Shown here in pieces: positions 25,481 to 36,974 of a DNA stretch of 64,000 nucleotides. The first letter of the stretch is position 1. Each line of letters starts with the position of its first letter. Made by a program: the position numbers and the translations under genes. The DNA is from Octopus vulgaris. Taxonomy: Eukaryota. The notes below the pieces were generated by a model. That model worked only from the letters and a program-made list of their open reading frames with translations. It had not been told where the DNA came from and made no database searches. The stretch is taken from the NCBI GenBank assembly GCA_951406725.2, contig OX597832.1, positions 22,072,001-22,136,000 of the forward strand. Direction: 5' to 3'.

Positions 25481-25941
25481 TATATATATATATATATATA
25501 TATACATACATATTCTATCTTCTGAATTAATCCATTATGAAAAATGTATTTTTTAAATTATTTTCTGGAAGCAGACAGAAGTGGTATCATGGGTTAGAGA
25601 TGTGATAGGAGGTGAAAGAGAAGGGGTAGGAACGAGACAGGTTTGTGGGCTGGGAAGGTGTAAACGCTCTAAAGAACTGCAAAGGTGACAAAGAAATGTC
25701 TGAAAATTAAAATCACCTCAAGAAATACAAAAGCATTCGATTGTGTAATCGCAGAGAAGAAATTGTTTACGTGTTTATTATTCTTGTCATAGAATATGAA
25801 GAAAATAAATCTTTGTACAATTCTTTCTTGTTCAGGGAATTGTCAATTAGTGTATGTTATTATTCCTGATGAAATATACATACATGCATATATCACCAAC
25901 TATCATCACACACACACATATGAGAGAACGAGAGATGTATT

Positions 25942-25982
<41 letters not shown>

Positions 25983-26077
25983 TGTATGTGTGTACATATA
26001 TATATTTATATGTACGTGTGTGTGTATGTATATACATATATATATACATGAGTGAAAAAGACATGTATGTTTGTATG

Positions 26078-26127
<50 letters not shown>

Positions 26128-26161
26128 AGAGAGATGTATGTGTGCATATATGTATATGAGT

Positions 26162-26207
<46 letters not shown>

Positions 26208-26226
26208 TGAGAGAGATGGACGTGTG

Positions 26227-26278
<52 letters not shown>

Positions 26279-26903
26279 CATACAGAAGGTGAGAGAGAAA
26301 GCAACTATCACTATGACCACCACTATAGATTGAAATAGCTTTTGTTGATACAAGACAGGTTGGTGAAGGTGGAGAAACTCAGAACACATCTTTTCGTTTT
26401 GTAGAATTAGCAAAGACCGTAAATTTGGCGCCGTGGTTAAAACGCCAGAAGTAACAGAATTGGTTGCCAACAGTTGTGTGGATCAATTCGTCTTTAGCTT
26501 GGCATACCTTGTTAATCGCTTGTAATTAACGAATAGAAACAAAGACAATAAATAAATAAATGAATATATAAATACATACATTACTAAGAAATGGCAAAAT
26601 GGTCTCGTAGAGACATTTCTTCAGAATGTGTCACTAGCACTATCATATTTATGTGGTGTATACTATTTATAATCATTTGTAGTATCTGGGTCTGCTATTC
26701 TAAGTACTTGTGGTTGTTGCCTTTGTACCAAAATCACTGCCTGCCATACCCTGGCTTAGTGAAAACGAAAGATCAAGTACCCTTAGTGAGATAACAATGG
26801 TTTTTTTTTTGGTGCTGGAGAACAAAGACACTTACCGTGCAGCTTTTCAATACCAAATCTACCCAGAATCACATCTGGTTCCACAATTCAGGCTTTCCTG
26901 TTT

Positions 26904-27302
26904 CAACCCTTTTGGTACCAACCCATCTGAAATCACCTCTGGTTCTGTAGTACAACTGTCTTGTCTTCGAAAGTTTTGAATTAAAATCTTCCACCAAACC
27001 TTAGTCACAAGGTATGTTCCTAACACTAGCTTAATGATAACTTAGTTATTTAACAATATTCTTTGTTATATGTAAAATTAATTGTAAGAAATATAGAACA
27101 TCTCAACAGAAATGTGGTAACAAAAGGGTTAAAGTCTCCATGATATTTTTAACCCTTTTGATACCAACCCGGCTTAAACCAGCTCTGGCTCTGAGTACAA
27201 GTGTCTTGTTTACATAAGGTTTGAATTAAAATCTTCCACCAAATCTTAGTTGCAATTTATGTTCCTAGCACTAGCTTAATGATAACTTAGTTATTTTACT
27301 AA
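26904..27302 (+). mobile_element. Tandem pair of piggyBac-like MITE family 1 (second copy truncated)
   Basis: CCCTTTTG(G/A)TACCAACCC starts near 26907 and 27153; first copy ends AAAAGGG|TTAA at ~27132. Confidence 0.8.
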
Positions 27303-27769
27303 GTGAATAAAATAACATTGTGAAATTCTGGTTTCTTTTGGGTACCCCCTAATATTTACACACCAAATACCGTGTTGAGCACTCATGCTCAATGCTTGCT
27401 ACTTTCATATATTTACGAAGAGTGGGAAAAAAAAAAAAAAACCAAACTACCGTTGTCTGATAAACAGACTCCACCAATACTTCAAAGAAGAATTGTAACT
27501 AGAGGTAAAAAAATGTTATGAAGAGAAACAAAAAAGATATAGAGGAGCTAACGATATGTAAATGATGAAATTTGCAAAAAGCGAAAAAAGGAAGCTAAGC
27601 GAGCAGTAAATAATCAATAAAGAAATGACTACGACAATAATAATAATAAACCATTGACTGTGTTGTCATAGAAAACTGGGTAAATCTGTGAGTCAATGAA
27701 TATGGAGAGTGTCAGGGTGACAACAGTACATTTGTTGATAATAGCCTAAGTATGGGAAAATTATGGGGC

Positions 27770-27813
<44 letters not shown>

Positions 27814-28005
27814 ATATATATATATATATAATAATAAATATTAGGGAATGAATCCAAAATTACAGGGAAAAATCAGATTTAGGGTTAAATCCAATTTTAT
27901 AGTAAAATATTATATAATATAATTCGAGACAAAACCACTATTTTAAAACCAAACAAGGAAAGACTTAATCAATACATAAAATTTTAATATAAATTAAATA
28001 AACCA

Positions 28006-28047
28006 CCACTACAAATGTTTCATGTCTGCTCGACAATCTTCAGGTGG
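28006..28047 (-). ncRNA. Minimal type I hammerhead ribozyme motif
   Basis: Minus strand: CCAC-CTGAAGA-T TGTC GAGCA GACA T-GAAA-CATTTG-TA-GTGG. Confidence 0.72.
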
Positions 28048-28102
28048 ATTTTCGATCTTCTAATCAGTAACAAATTTTGTTACTGATTAGAAGATCGAAA
28101 AT

Positions 28103-28145
28103 CCACCTGAAGATTGTCGGAGCAGACATGAAACATTTGTAGTGG
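28103..28145 (+). ncRNA. Minimal type I hammerhead ribozyme motif
   Basis: CCAC-CTGAAGA-T TGTC GGAGCA GACA T-GAAA-CATTTG-TA-GTGG; canonical CUGANGA and GAAA, GUA triplet (cleavage after A28141), TG bulge then AAAT/GTTT extension of stem I; U-U at the base of stem II. Confidence 0.72.
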
Positions 28146-28229
28146 TGGTTTATTTAATTTATATTAAAATTTTATGTATTGATTAAGTCTTTCCTTGTTT
28201 GGTTTTAAAATAGTGGTTTTGTCTCGAAT

Positions 28230-28273
<44 letters not shown>

Positions 28274-28523
28274 ACCTATCTATCTATATATATGTATGTA
28301 TGTATATCTATAACTATATATGTATATATATATAATCTAACTATATATATATTTATATATCATCATCATCATCATTTAGCGTCCGTTCTCCATGCTAGCA
28401 TGGGTTGGACGGTTCAACTGGGGTCTGTGAAGCTGGAAGGCTTCATCAGGCCCAGTCAGATCTGGCAGTGTTTCTACGGCTGGATGCCCTTCCTAACGCC
28501 AACCACTCCGCGAGTGTAGTGGG

Positions 28524-29171
28524 TGCTTTTTACGTGCCACCTGCACAGGTGCCAGACAGAGCTGGCAAACGGCCACGAACGGATGGTGCTTTTACGTGTC
28601 ACCGGCACGGGGCCAGGCGAGGCTGGCAACGGACACGAACGGATGGTGCTTTTACGTGCCACCAACACGGGGGCCAGACAGAGCTGGCAAACGGCCACGA
28701 AACGGATGGTGCTTTTACGTGTCACCGGCACGGGGGCCAGGCGAGGCTGGCAACGGACACGAACGGATGGTGCTTTTACATGTCACCGACATGGGGGCCA
28801 GACAGGGCTGGCAAACGGACACGAACGGATGGTGCTTTTACATGTCACCGACATGGGGGCCAGACAGGGCTGGCAAACGGCCACGAACGGATGGTGCTTT
28901 TACATGTCACCGGCACGGGGGCCAGACAGAGCTGGCAAACGGCCACGAACGGATGGTGCTTTTACGTGTCACCGGCACGGGGGCCAGACAGAGCTGGCAA
29001 ACGGCCACAAACGGATGGTGCTTTTACGTGTCACCGGCACGGGGGCCAGGCCAGGCTGGCAACGAACATGAACGGATGGTGCTTTTACGTGCCACCGACA
29101 CGGGGGCCAGACAGGGCTGGCAAACGGCTACGAACGGATGGTACTTTTACGTGTCACCTGCACGGGGGCCC
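28524..29171. repeat. ~62-bp tandem array (10 full units plus a partial) in the LINE 3' UTR
   Basis: Unit TGCTTTTACGTGTCACCGGCACGGGGGCCAG-N6-CTGGCAAACGGCCACGAACGGATGG. Confidence 0.95.
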
Positions 29172-29218
29172 TGATGTTGATCGACCTCAATTTGGTTTGA
29201 TCTTGATTTTGACTGTTC

Positions 29219-30625
29219 TCACTGGTCTTGCCGGGTTTTCTCACGCACAGCATACCTCCATTTCCTTGGTGAGACCTAATGTTCGAAGGTCGTGCTTCAC
29301 CGCCTCGACCCAGGTTTTCCTGGGTCTACCTCTTCCACAGGTCCCCTCAACTGCCAGGGTGTGGCACTTTCGCACACAACTATCTTCAGCCATTCTCATC
29401 ACATGACCATACCAGCGCATACGTCTCTCTTGCACACAACAACTGATGCTTCTTAGGTTCAACTTTTCTCTCAAGGTACTTACACTCTGTCGATTATGAA
29501 CACTGACGTTACACATCCATCGGAGCATACTAGCTTCATTTCTTGCGAGCTTACGCAAATCCTCAGCTGTCACAGCCCAAGTTTCACTACCATGTAGCAT
29601 GGCTGTACGTACACATGCATCATACAGTCTGCCTTTTACTTTGAGCGAGAGGCCTTTTGTCACCAGCAGGGGTAAGAGCTCTCTAAACTTTGCCCAGGCT
29701 ATTCTTACTCTAGCAGTTATACTTTCAGCGCACCCGCCCCCGCTACTGACTTGGTCACCTAGGTAACGGAAACTATCAACTACTTCTAGCTTTTCTCCCT
29801 GGAAAGTGACGGAAGTTGGTCTCAGAGCATTTTCAGTGTTAATTGTTCCTGAGCATCTGCCACATACAAAAACCATCTTCCTAGTTAGCCTTCCTTTGAC
29901 ATTGCTGCACCTCTTATGTGTCCATAGCTTACACTTGGTGCATCTTATAGAGTTTCTACCTACACCTTTTCTACAGATCGAGCAGGGCCATCTACCTGAA
30001 GGCGTTTGTGATTGGTCTACCTTCCTACTTATTAGGACTTTGGTTTTGGCTAGGTTGATTCTAAGGCCCTTCGATTCTAAACCTTGTTTCCATACCTGAA
30101 ACTTCTCCTCTAGTTCTGATAGAGACTCAGCAATTAGAGCAAGGTCATCAGCATAGAGGAGCTCCCAGGGGCATCCTGTCTTGAATTCCTCCGTTATTGC
30201 CTGGAGGACTATGATAAATAGGAGGGGACTGAGGACTGAACCTTGGTGGACCCCAACCTCTACCCTGAATTCTTCACTGTACTCGGTGCCAACCCTCACC
30301 TTACTAGCAGCGTCTCTGTACATGGCTTGTACAGCTTTCACTAACCATTCATCTATCCCTAGTTTCCTCATTGACCACCAGATGAGGGATCGGGGGACCC
30401 TGTCGAAGGCTTTCTCCATATCAACAAAAGCCAGGTATAGGGGCTTGTCTTTGGCTAGGTATTTCTCTTGCAGCTGTCTTACCATGAAAATAGCATCAGT
30501 AGTACTTTTCCCTGGCACGAACCCAAACTGCATCTGATCTAGGCTAACTCTCTCTCTAATTAGTTGGGCTATAACCCTCTCCGTAACCTTCATTACCTGA
30601 TCCAGCAGCTTGATACCCCTGTAGC
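29219..30625 (-). pseudogene. RTE LINE reverse transcriptase, 5'-truncated, with PHD-type zinc finger
   Basis: YRGIKLL, QFGFVPGKSTTDAIF, AFVDMEKAFDRV, GVHQGSVLSPLLF, LLYADD, FRYLG, MLHGSETW, RMRWYGHV, RGRPRKTW. No endonuclease domain. Frameshift near the C-terminus; the alternative frame reads WRYAVREKTRQDQ*. Confidence 0.93.
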
Positions 30626-30655
30626 TATTTATATATACATATATAAATATATATA

Positions 30656-30782
30656 TCATCATTTATCATTTAACGTCTGCTTTCCATGCTAGCATGGGTT
30701 GGACGATTTGACTGAGGTCTGGCGAACCAGACTCTAATCTGATCTGGCAGAGTTTCTACAGCTGGATGCCCTTCCTAATGCC
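30656..30782 (-). mobile_element. RTE LINE extreme 3' fragment
   Basis: Same terminal motifs as 28361-28510. Confidence 0.8.
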
Positions 30783-32201
30783 CCGAGACTTCCACTGAGG
30801 TCAACATTCTTGTCCATTTCTCAGGTTTGATAAAATGGTGCCAATAAAGGGGAGTCGACTGGTTGAACTGTAAATGCATATATGTTTTCAGTGCGAATGG
30901 TTTTTTTTTTGTACGGTGCCATTTTTACAATCCTGTAAATAATAATAATGGTATAAAAAATCTGATCAGGCAGAGTTTCTACAGCTGGATACCCTTCATA
31001 ACGCCAATCTAATGAATCATATTAACACTTTTAACACTGATTTATGCTCTTTGGACCAATGCTTGGTTTAACACAGCCAGCCTGTCTCTTGGATGTTCTA
31101 GCAACAGAATCCTCTTTCTTGCAAGAATTTTGGATGTCTCTGGTTTGGAGATAACCTTTGAGGAGTGATTGTCATCTCTTTCCATGCACTTAAGTCAAAA
31201 GGCCCACAAAGTAAGTTCTCCTCCTTTTTGATTAAACATAAAAATGCTCAAAGCAATTCATATCAGAGCAGGAACACAGTGGAGGATATGCAGCAAGGAA
31301 AGATGTGAAACATAACTATTTATGCACACCTGTACAACTTACACCTGCACTGCAAATTAGTTATGACGATGATGATGACGATGATTAGAATAAATAAAAC
31401 AAAACTGACAACAGCAACTATTACAAAACTGACAACAGTAACTATTACAAAAACTTCTAAAATGCAGAATTGATTTAGCATCTATGCAAGGATATGGTGA
31501 AGGTGTTTTTTTTTTCTTTTTAATATAATTTTTTGGGTTTTTTTCCGAAGAGTTCGATGTGTGCAGTAGGTTGCCTCTCAGACTGGCATGAAGCCAGTAG
31601 CAGTTCAGTCCCGATCTAACCACTAAGTTGTATCGATTGATTAATCAATCGACTGAACTATCGCAATTAGCTCTAACACAGAGATGCAAATTATCGAGAT
31701 TTGACGGGCAGCACTGTAAAGGATGGGGAGGGGGGGGGGGAGTTCACTACATTGTGATATAATGCTCTTTTTGACTTGTGGCTGTCGAATGATATCTACA
31801 ATAGTATCTAGAAGACAAGAGACACAAAGAAAAATTAGAGGGGAAGGATAATCATTAATACAAGATAAACTATAGATAAGATGGTATTTAACCCTTTGCC
31901 ATTTAAACCGGCATTATTTGGCCAAAATATTTTGGCTCTTTTATGTTCGAACTGGCCAGATCCAGTGGTTAGGGTGTCAGCACCATGATCGTAAGATTGT
32001 GGTTTCAATTCCTGGACAGGCGATGCGTTGTGTTCTTGAGCAAAATACTTCATTTTCCATTCCTCCAGTCCACTCAGCTGGCAAAAATGAATAACGCTGC
32101 GATGGACTGACATCCCGTCCAGCTGGGGAACACATACACCATAGAAACCGGGAAACTGGACCCATGAGCCTGGCTAGGCATTAAAAAGGGTGCATTTATT
32201 C

Positions 32202-32390
32202 GTGGAGGCACATGTCCTAGTGGTTAGAGCAGCGGACTCGCAGTCGAGGGATCGCAGGTTCAAATCTCAGACTGGGTAATGTGTGCATTTATGAGCGAAA
32301 CACCTAAGCTCCACGCGGTTCCAGCAGAAGGTAATGGCAAAACTTTCGCCACAAGCTTCTCTCACGCTTTCCTCCTGCATCTTGCAGCCA
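32202..32390 (+). mobile_element. tRNA-derived SINE family C
   Basis: GTGGAGGC..ATG.CCTAGTGGTTAG..GGACTCGC..GGTTCAAATC tRNA-like head; same family as 46978 and 54368. Confidence 0.8.
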
Positions 32391-32754
32391 TATCAGGCCC
32401 AAATATTTCTACATCAGAGATTTGTCAATATCTCATAGTTCTACGTCAGAGTTTAAATAAAACAACCACTAAATTTATCTGACACTCAAACAACAATAAC
32501 AACAACAACACACAAAGTTAAGACTATGTTAATGGCCAAGCTGCAGCTGAGTGATGGAAATACTGACACCTGAAGAAATGAATTTAAAAAGAATCTAACA
32601 GGTGTCTATGTAAAATAACTCTCTGTTCTATCATGTGGCTGCTTCCATTTCAACACACAGCCTCAGAATCAAGACATATACGACAGTGGGGTGGGGGTGG
32701 AGGTGTGGGGGTTGAATCAAGTACAGTTTATACCAATACTGAAAGACATAAGTA

Positions 32755-32997
32755 ATGTGATGATGATGATGACAATGATGATAATGACGATGGTGATGAT
32801 GGTGATAATCATGACGATGACAACAGCGACAATTTTAATGATGATGATAATGGTGATGAAGATGATGATGGTGAAACCCCGTGATGGTAAAGACAACAAG
32901 GTTAATGGTGATGATAATGGTAATAAAGATGATGACGATGATGAAGATGATGGTAATGATGATAATGGTGGTGGGGATGACAATGATGGCGGTGAAT
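32755..32997. repeat. Degenerate (ATG)n microsatellite
   Basis: Gives poly-Met/Asp ORFs. Confidence 0.92.
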
Positions 32998-33211
32998 AAG
33001 AATAGTAAAATGCAGCATCAATGCAAGGATATTGTGAATGTATTTTTCTTTTTTTTTTTAGCAAATTGCTCCTTTGATGTGCGCAGCTGGTTGCATCATG
33101 GGATGGTGTCGAATCAATAAAAGAAGTTCAATTCCGACCCAGGTTGTATCGATTGATCAATCAATTGATCCATCATTTATAATACAGAGTGAAAAACAAA
33201 TTCTCAAGACC

Positions 33212-33535
33212 ATAGGCGCAGGAATGGCTGTGTGGTAAGTAGCTTGCTTACCAGCCACATGGTTCCGAGTTCAGTCCCACTGCGTGGCACCTTGGGCAAG
33301 TGTCTTCTACTATAGTCTCGGGCCAACCGAAGCCTTGTGAGTGGATTTGGTAGACGGAAACTGAAAGAAGCCTGTCGTATATACGTGTGCATGTATATGT
33401 GTGTGTGTGTGTGTTTGTATGTCTGTGTTTGTCCCCCACAACATCGATTGACAACCGATGCTGGTGTGTTTATGTCCCCCATAACTTAGCAGTTCGGCAA
33501 AAGAGACCGATAGAATAAGTACTAGGGTTACAAAG
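33212..33535 (+). mobile_element. SINE family A, 3'-truncated
   Basis: Colinear with 4219-4545. Confidence 0.88.
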
Positions 33536-33734
33536 GTTTTGATTTAGTTTACTTTAAGATAGGGATTTTGTATCATGAAAGCAACGGCAGTCCCAAGTGG
33601 GTTGGTATAAAAAGGGTTAATTTTGAACCCTTAGTTGTGATCTGAGTGAATAAGAGAGGAAGAGATACAGAACAGAAAGAGAAAAAGCATTATTGTTGCT
33701 TTTGGAAGCTGCATATAGACACACACACACACTG

Positions 33735-33965
33735 GGTGGTGAGCTGGCAGAATCGTTAGCACGGCAGGCGAAATGCGTAGCCGTATTTCGTCTCCCATTA
33801 CGTTCTGAGTTCAAATTCTGCCGAGGTCGGCTTTGCCTTTCATCCTTTCGGGGTTGATAAATTAAGTACCAGTTACACACTGGGGTCGATGTAATCAACT
33901 TAATCCCTTTGTCTGTCCTTGTTTGTTCCCTCTATGTTTAGCCCCTTGTGGGCAGTAAAGAAATA
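33735..33965 (+). mobile_element. SINE family B
   Basis: Colinear with 19420-19653. Confidence 0.88.
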
Positions 33966-34132
33966 TATAGACACACACATAGCATGGAAGACAGATGTTA
34001 AATGACACTGATGATGGAATGTGGACATTAAACGATGATGAAGATAATGATGATATATGAAATCAAACCAAGTTGTTCTGTGTGATTTGAATAGTAAATT
34101 CTGTTAAAATGTGTTGCTTCTAAGAATAACAC

Positions 34133-34430
34133 TAAATGAAGATACAAGGACCAACTCAAAATAACATTGAAAAAGCCACAGGAATTGAACTCAAATCGTT
34201 TGAAACACAAGTTTGAGAATATACCAAGTGGTGGTGTTCCATCACCATTGGAACCAAAATCTTCGAAGCCACCCGAAGAGAAAAGGAAGAAATTAAACAA
34301 TAGGAGAGAGAGGCTCAACAAAATCTACCTTGTATTCCACCAACATTGCCATGCAGTCAATGCCATCGACTCTCCTATGCAAGAATTGGTCTACAGAGTC
34401 ATTCAACGCCATCACCATAAGGGAAGCGTT
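34133..34430 (+). pseudogene. Old RTE LINE C-terminal remnant (family 3) with terminal zinc finger
   Basis: Translates with stops/frameshifts as RYKDQLKITLKS..GIELKSFETQV*EYTKW..ITIGTKIFEATRREKEE...LPCSQCHRLSYARIGLQSH, matching the RTE C-terminal CxxC..ARIGLxSH motif. Confidence 0.75.
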
Positions 34431-34505
34431 TAGCAAAGAAAAAAACCAGTCTCAGATGCGAAATAGAACTGCCTCCACTGATATGTGTGCATATATGCAT
34501 GTATG

Positions 34506-34562
<57 letters not shown>

Positions 34563-34563
<1 letters not shown>

Positions 34564-35145
34564 AGCACCCACTACACTTTTGGAGTGGTTGGCGTTAGGA
34601 AGGGCATCCAGCTGTAGAAACTCTGCCAGATCAAGACTGGGGCCTGGTGCAGCCATCTGGTTCGCCAGCCCTCAGTCAAAGTCGTCCAACCCATGCTAGC
34701 ATGGAAAGCAGAGGTTAAACGACGATGATGATATACACACACACACACATACATATATATATATACACCCATGCTCGTAGGGTGCCAAGAGCACCATCCA
34801 AGCGTGATCGTTGCCAGAGCAGCCAACTGGCTTCCGTGCCAGTGGCACATAAAAGGGCACCATTTGAGCGTGATCGTTACCAACATTGCCTTACTGGTAC
34901 CTATGCTGGTGGCATGTGTAAAAGGATTCGAGCGAGGTTGTTGGCAGTACTGCCTGACTGGCCCCCATGCCGGTGGCACATAAAAAGCACCCACGACACT
35001 CTCGGAGTGGTTGGCGTTAGGAAGGGCATCCAGCTGTAGAAACTCTGCCAAATCAAGATTGGAGCCTGGTACAGCCATCTGGTTCGCCAGCCCTCAGTCA
35101 AAAGCGGTCGTTAAACGATGATGCTGATGCTGATGATGATGATGA
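34563..35145 (+). mobile_element. Two RTE LINE 3' fragments in tandem
   Basis: AAGCACCCAC..GGAGTGGTTGGCGTTAGGAAGGGCATCC..(GAT)n at 34563-34731 and ~34790-35145, the second with UTR repeat units. Confidence 0.82.
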
Positions 35146-35500
35146 CAGGACTCTGAACTATTAACAATTTTTATTCTCCCTTGAATACATGCATCTACAC
35201 ACACATACACAGTTCTTATGACCTTATGGCTTACTTCATTTACATTTTATTATTCTTTATTATTTGAATTTTTAACACATACAAGTGTTGTTTATTGATC
35301 CTAAAAGTACACGAACGGAACAACACATCCCACCCAATCACGTCTCGTAAATCACTGGAAGCATGATTTTGTTTATTTGAATGTAAATTACTGACAACCG
35401 AAATTTTTATCTTCTCCTAAAAATTTTATATGTATGTACACACACACATACACACACACACACACACACAAAAAGAGTGCTGAAAAATTCCTGGCTTTAA

Positions 35501-35722
35501 CCCTTTTGATACCAACCCGGCTGAAACCGCCTCTGGCTCTGTAGTACAAATATCTTGTTTTCATAAGTATCAAATTAAAATCTTCCACCAAACCTTAGTC
35601 ACAATTTATGTTCCTAACACTAGCTTAATGGTAACCAAGTTATTTTACTAAACTCTTTATTATATTTAAAATTAATTGAAAGAAACACAGAGCATCTCAA
35701 CAGAAATATGGTAGCAAAAGGG
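35501..35722 (+). mobile_element. piggyBac-like MITE family 1
   Basis: TTAA|CCCTTTTGATACC...GGTAGCAAAAGGG|TTAA. Confidence 0.88.
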
Positions 35723-35754
35723 TTAAAAATATATAATAGAGAAACAATTCTTAA

Positions 35755-35976
35755 CCCTTTTGATACGAACCTGGCTGAAACCACCTCTAGCTCTGTAGTA
35801 CAAATATCTTGTTTTCATAAGTTTTGAATTAAAATCTTCCACCAAACCTTAGTCACAATTTATGTTCCTAACACTAGCTTAATTATAACTAAGTTATTTT
35901 ACTAAATTCTTTGTTATATTTAAAATTAATTGAAAGAAACATAGAGCATCTCAAGAGAAATACGGTAACAAAAGGG
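35755..35976 (+). mobile_element. piggyBac-like MITE family 1
   Basis: TTAA|CCCTTTTGATAC...GGTAACAAAAGGG|TTAA. Confidence 0.88.
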
Positions 35977-36127
35977 TTAAGGGTATCACAAAAGGTCTGG
36001 TTGAAGGCCCAAAGTTCTGATTTCTTTTACAGGGCTTAGAGAAACTGAAGGACTGCGAAGGGCAGCTGCAATAAGTGTGTGAATCTGAGAGGAGTGTTAG
36101 ATAAAATCATAACAAATTGATCCTCTC

Positions 36128-36485
36128 TCTCTTTTACTCTTTTAATTGTTTCAGTCATTTGACTGTGGCCATGCTGGAGCACCGCCTTTAGTCGAGCAAA
36201 TCGACCCCGGGACTTATTCTTTGTAAGCCCAGTACTTATTCCATTGGTCTCTTTTGCCGAACCGCTAAGTGGCGGGGACGTAAACACACCCGCATCGGTT
36301 GTCAAGCAATGCTTGGGGGACAAACACAGACACACAAACACATACACACACGCACATATACATACATATATACGACAGGCTTCTTTCAGTTTCCGTCTAT
36401 TAAATCCACTCACAAGGCATTGGTCGGCCCGGGGCTATAGCAGAAGACACTTGCCCAAGATGCCACGCAGTGGGACTGAACCCGG
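36128..36485 (-). mobile_element. SINE family A, 5'-truncated, inserted in the mariner element
   Basis: Family A body and tail; head stops at the B-box. Confidence 0.88.
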
Positions 36486-36563
36486 AGCCTCCTGTATTTT
36501 CTTTTATCCAAAGCCAGGAACTTTTCAGCACCCCCCCCTTGTGTGTGTGTATGTGTGTGTGTG

Positions 36564-36597
<34 letters not shown>

Positions 36598-36942
36598 CAT
36601 ACATACACACATAATGCAATGGAAACAAGAGCCAAAACAGGAGGCAAGAGGAATAATTAAATCTGCTCACATACATTGGATGACCCACAACAGCAATGCA
36701 ATCAGGGCTGACTGACCGACTGACCGGCCTACATTCAAATACATGCAGCTGGTCCGACGCCAAATTTAGCCAGTCTCATCCAACCTATACCAGTATTGGC
36801 CAAAGCATTCTGGTCGTAATAATAATAATAATAATAGTGGCAGTGGTAATCTTGGCGGTGGTGGTTATGTGGACAGCAACCAATTGCTAATTACTTTTTC
36901 TGAAAACAATTGATCACATGCAAGTACTTTTGGAATAATAAC

Positions 36943-36974
<32 letters not shown>

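Larger units (their letters stand above)
27830..28240. mobile_element. Palindromic hammerhead-bearing Penelope-like fragment
   Basis: 27911-28074 and 28076-28240 are reverse complements with one indel and a 1-nt centre; embedded in (TA)n. The leader 27830-27900 resembles 51582-51657. Confidence 0.75.
28361..30625 (-). mobile_element. 5'-truncated RTE-clade LINE, young copy
   Basis: Uninterrupted RT ORF, long 3' UTR with tandem array, (TGA)n tail; candidate TSD TATTTATATAT at 28350-28360 and 30626-30636. Confidence 0.93.
35477..36531 (+). mobile_element. Mariner-derived non-autonomous element hosting nested insertions
   Basis: TIR GTGCTGAAAA(A/G)TTCCTGGCTTT at 35477-35498 and 36510-36531; 35998-36095 reads WLKAQSSDFF..QGLEKLKD..CNKCVNLRG, like a mariner transposase C-terminus. 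Confidence 0.8.

Noticed and set aside
26385-26525. Possible exon after a strong-looking acceptor (CTTTTCGTTTTGTAG)
   Set aside because: Weak donor, no recognisable peptide and no partner exons.
28405-29406. 333-aa repetitive ORF and CRISPR-like appearance
   Set aside because: Antisense reading of the LINE UTR tandem array; no unique spacers, no cas genes, eukaryotic context.
34167-34433. 88-aa ORF with an NLS-like KRKK, as a host exon
   Set aside because: Off-frame reading of a decayed RTE C-terminus.
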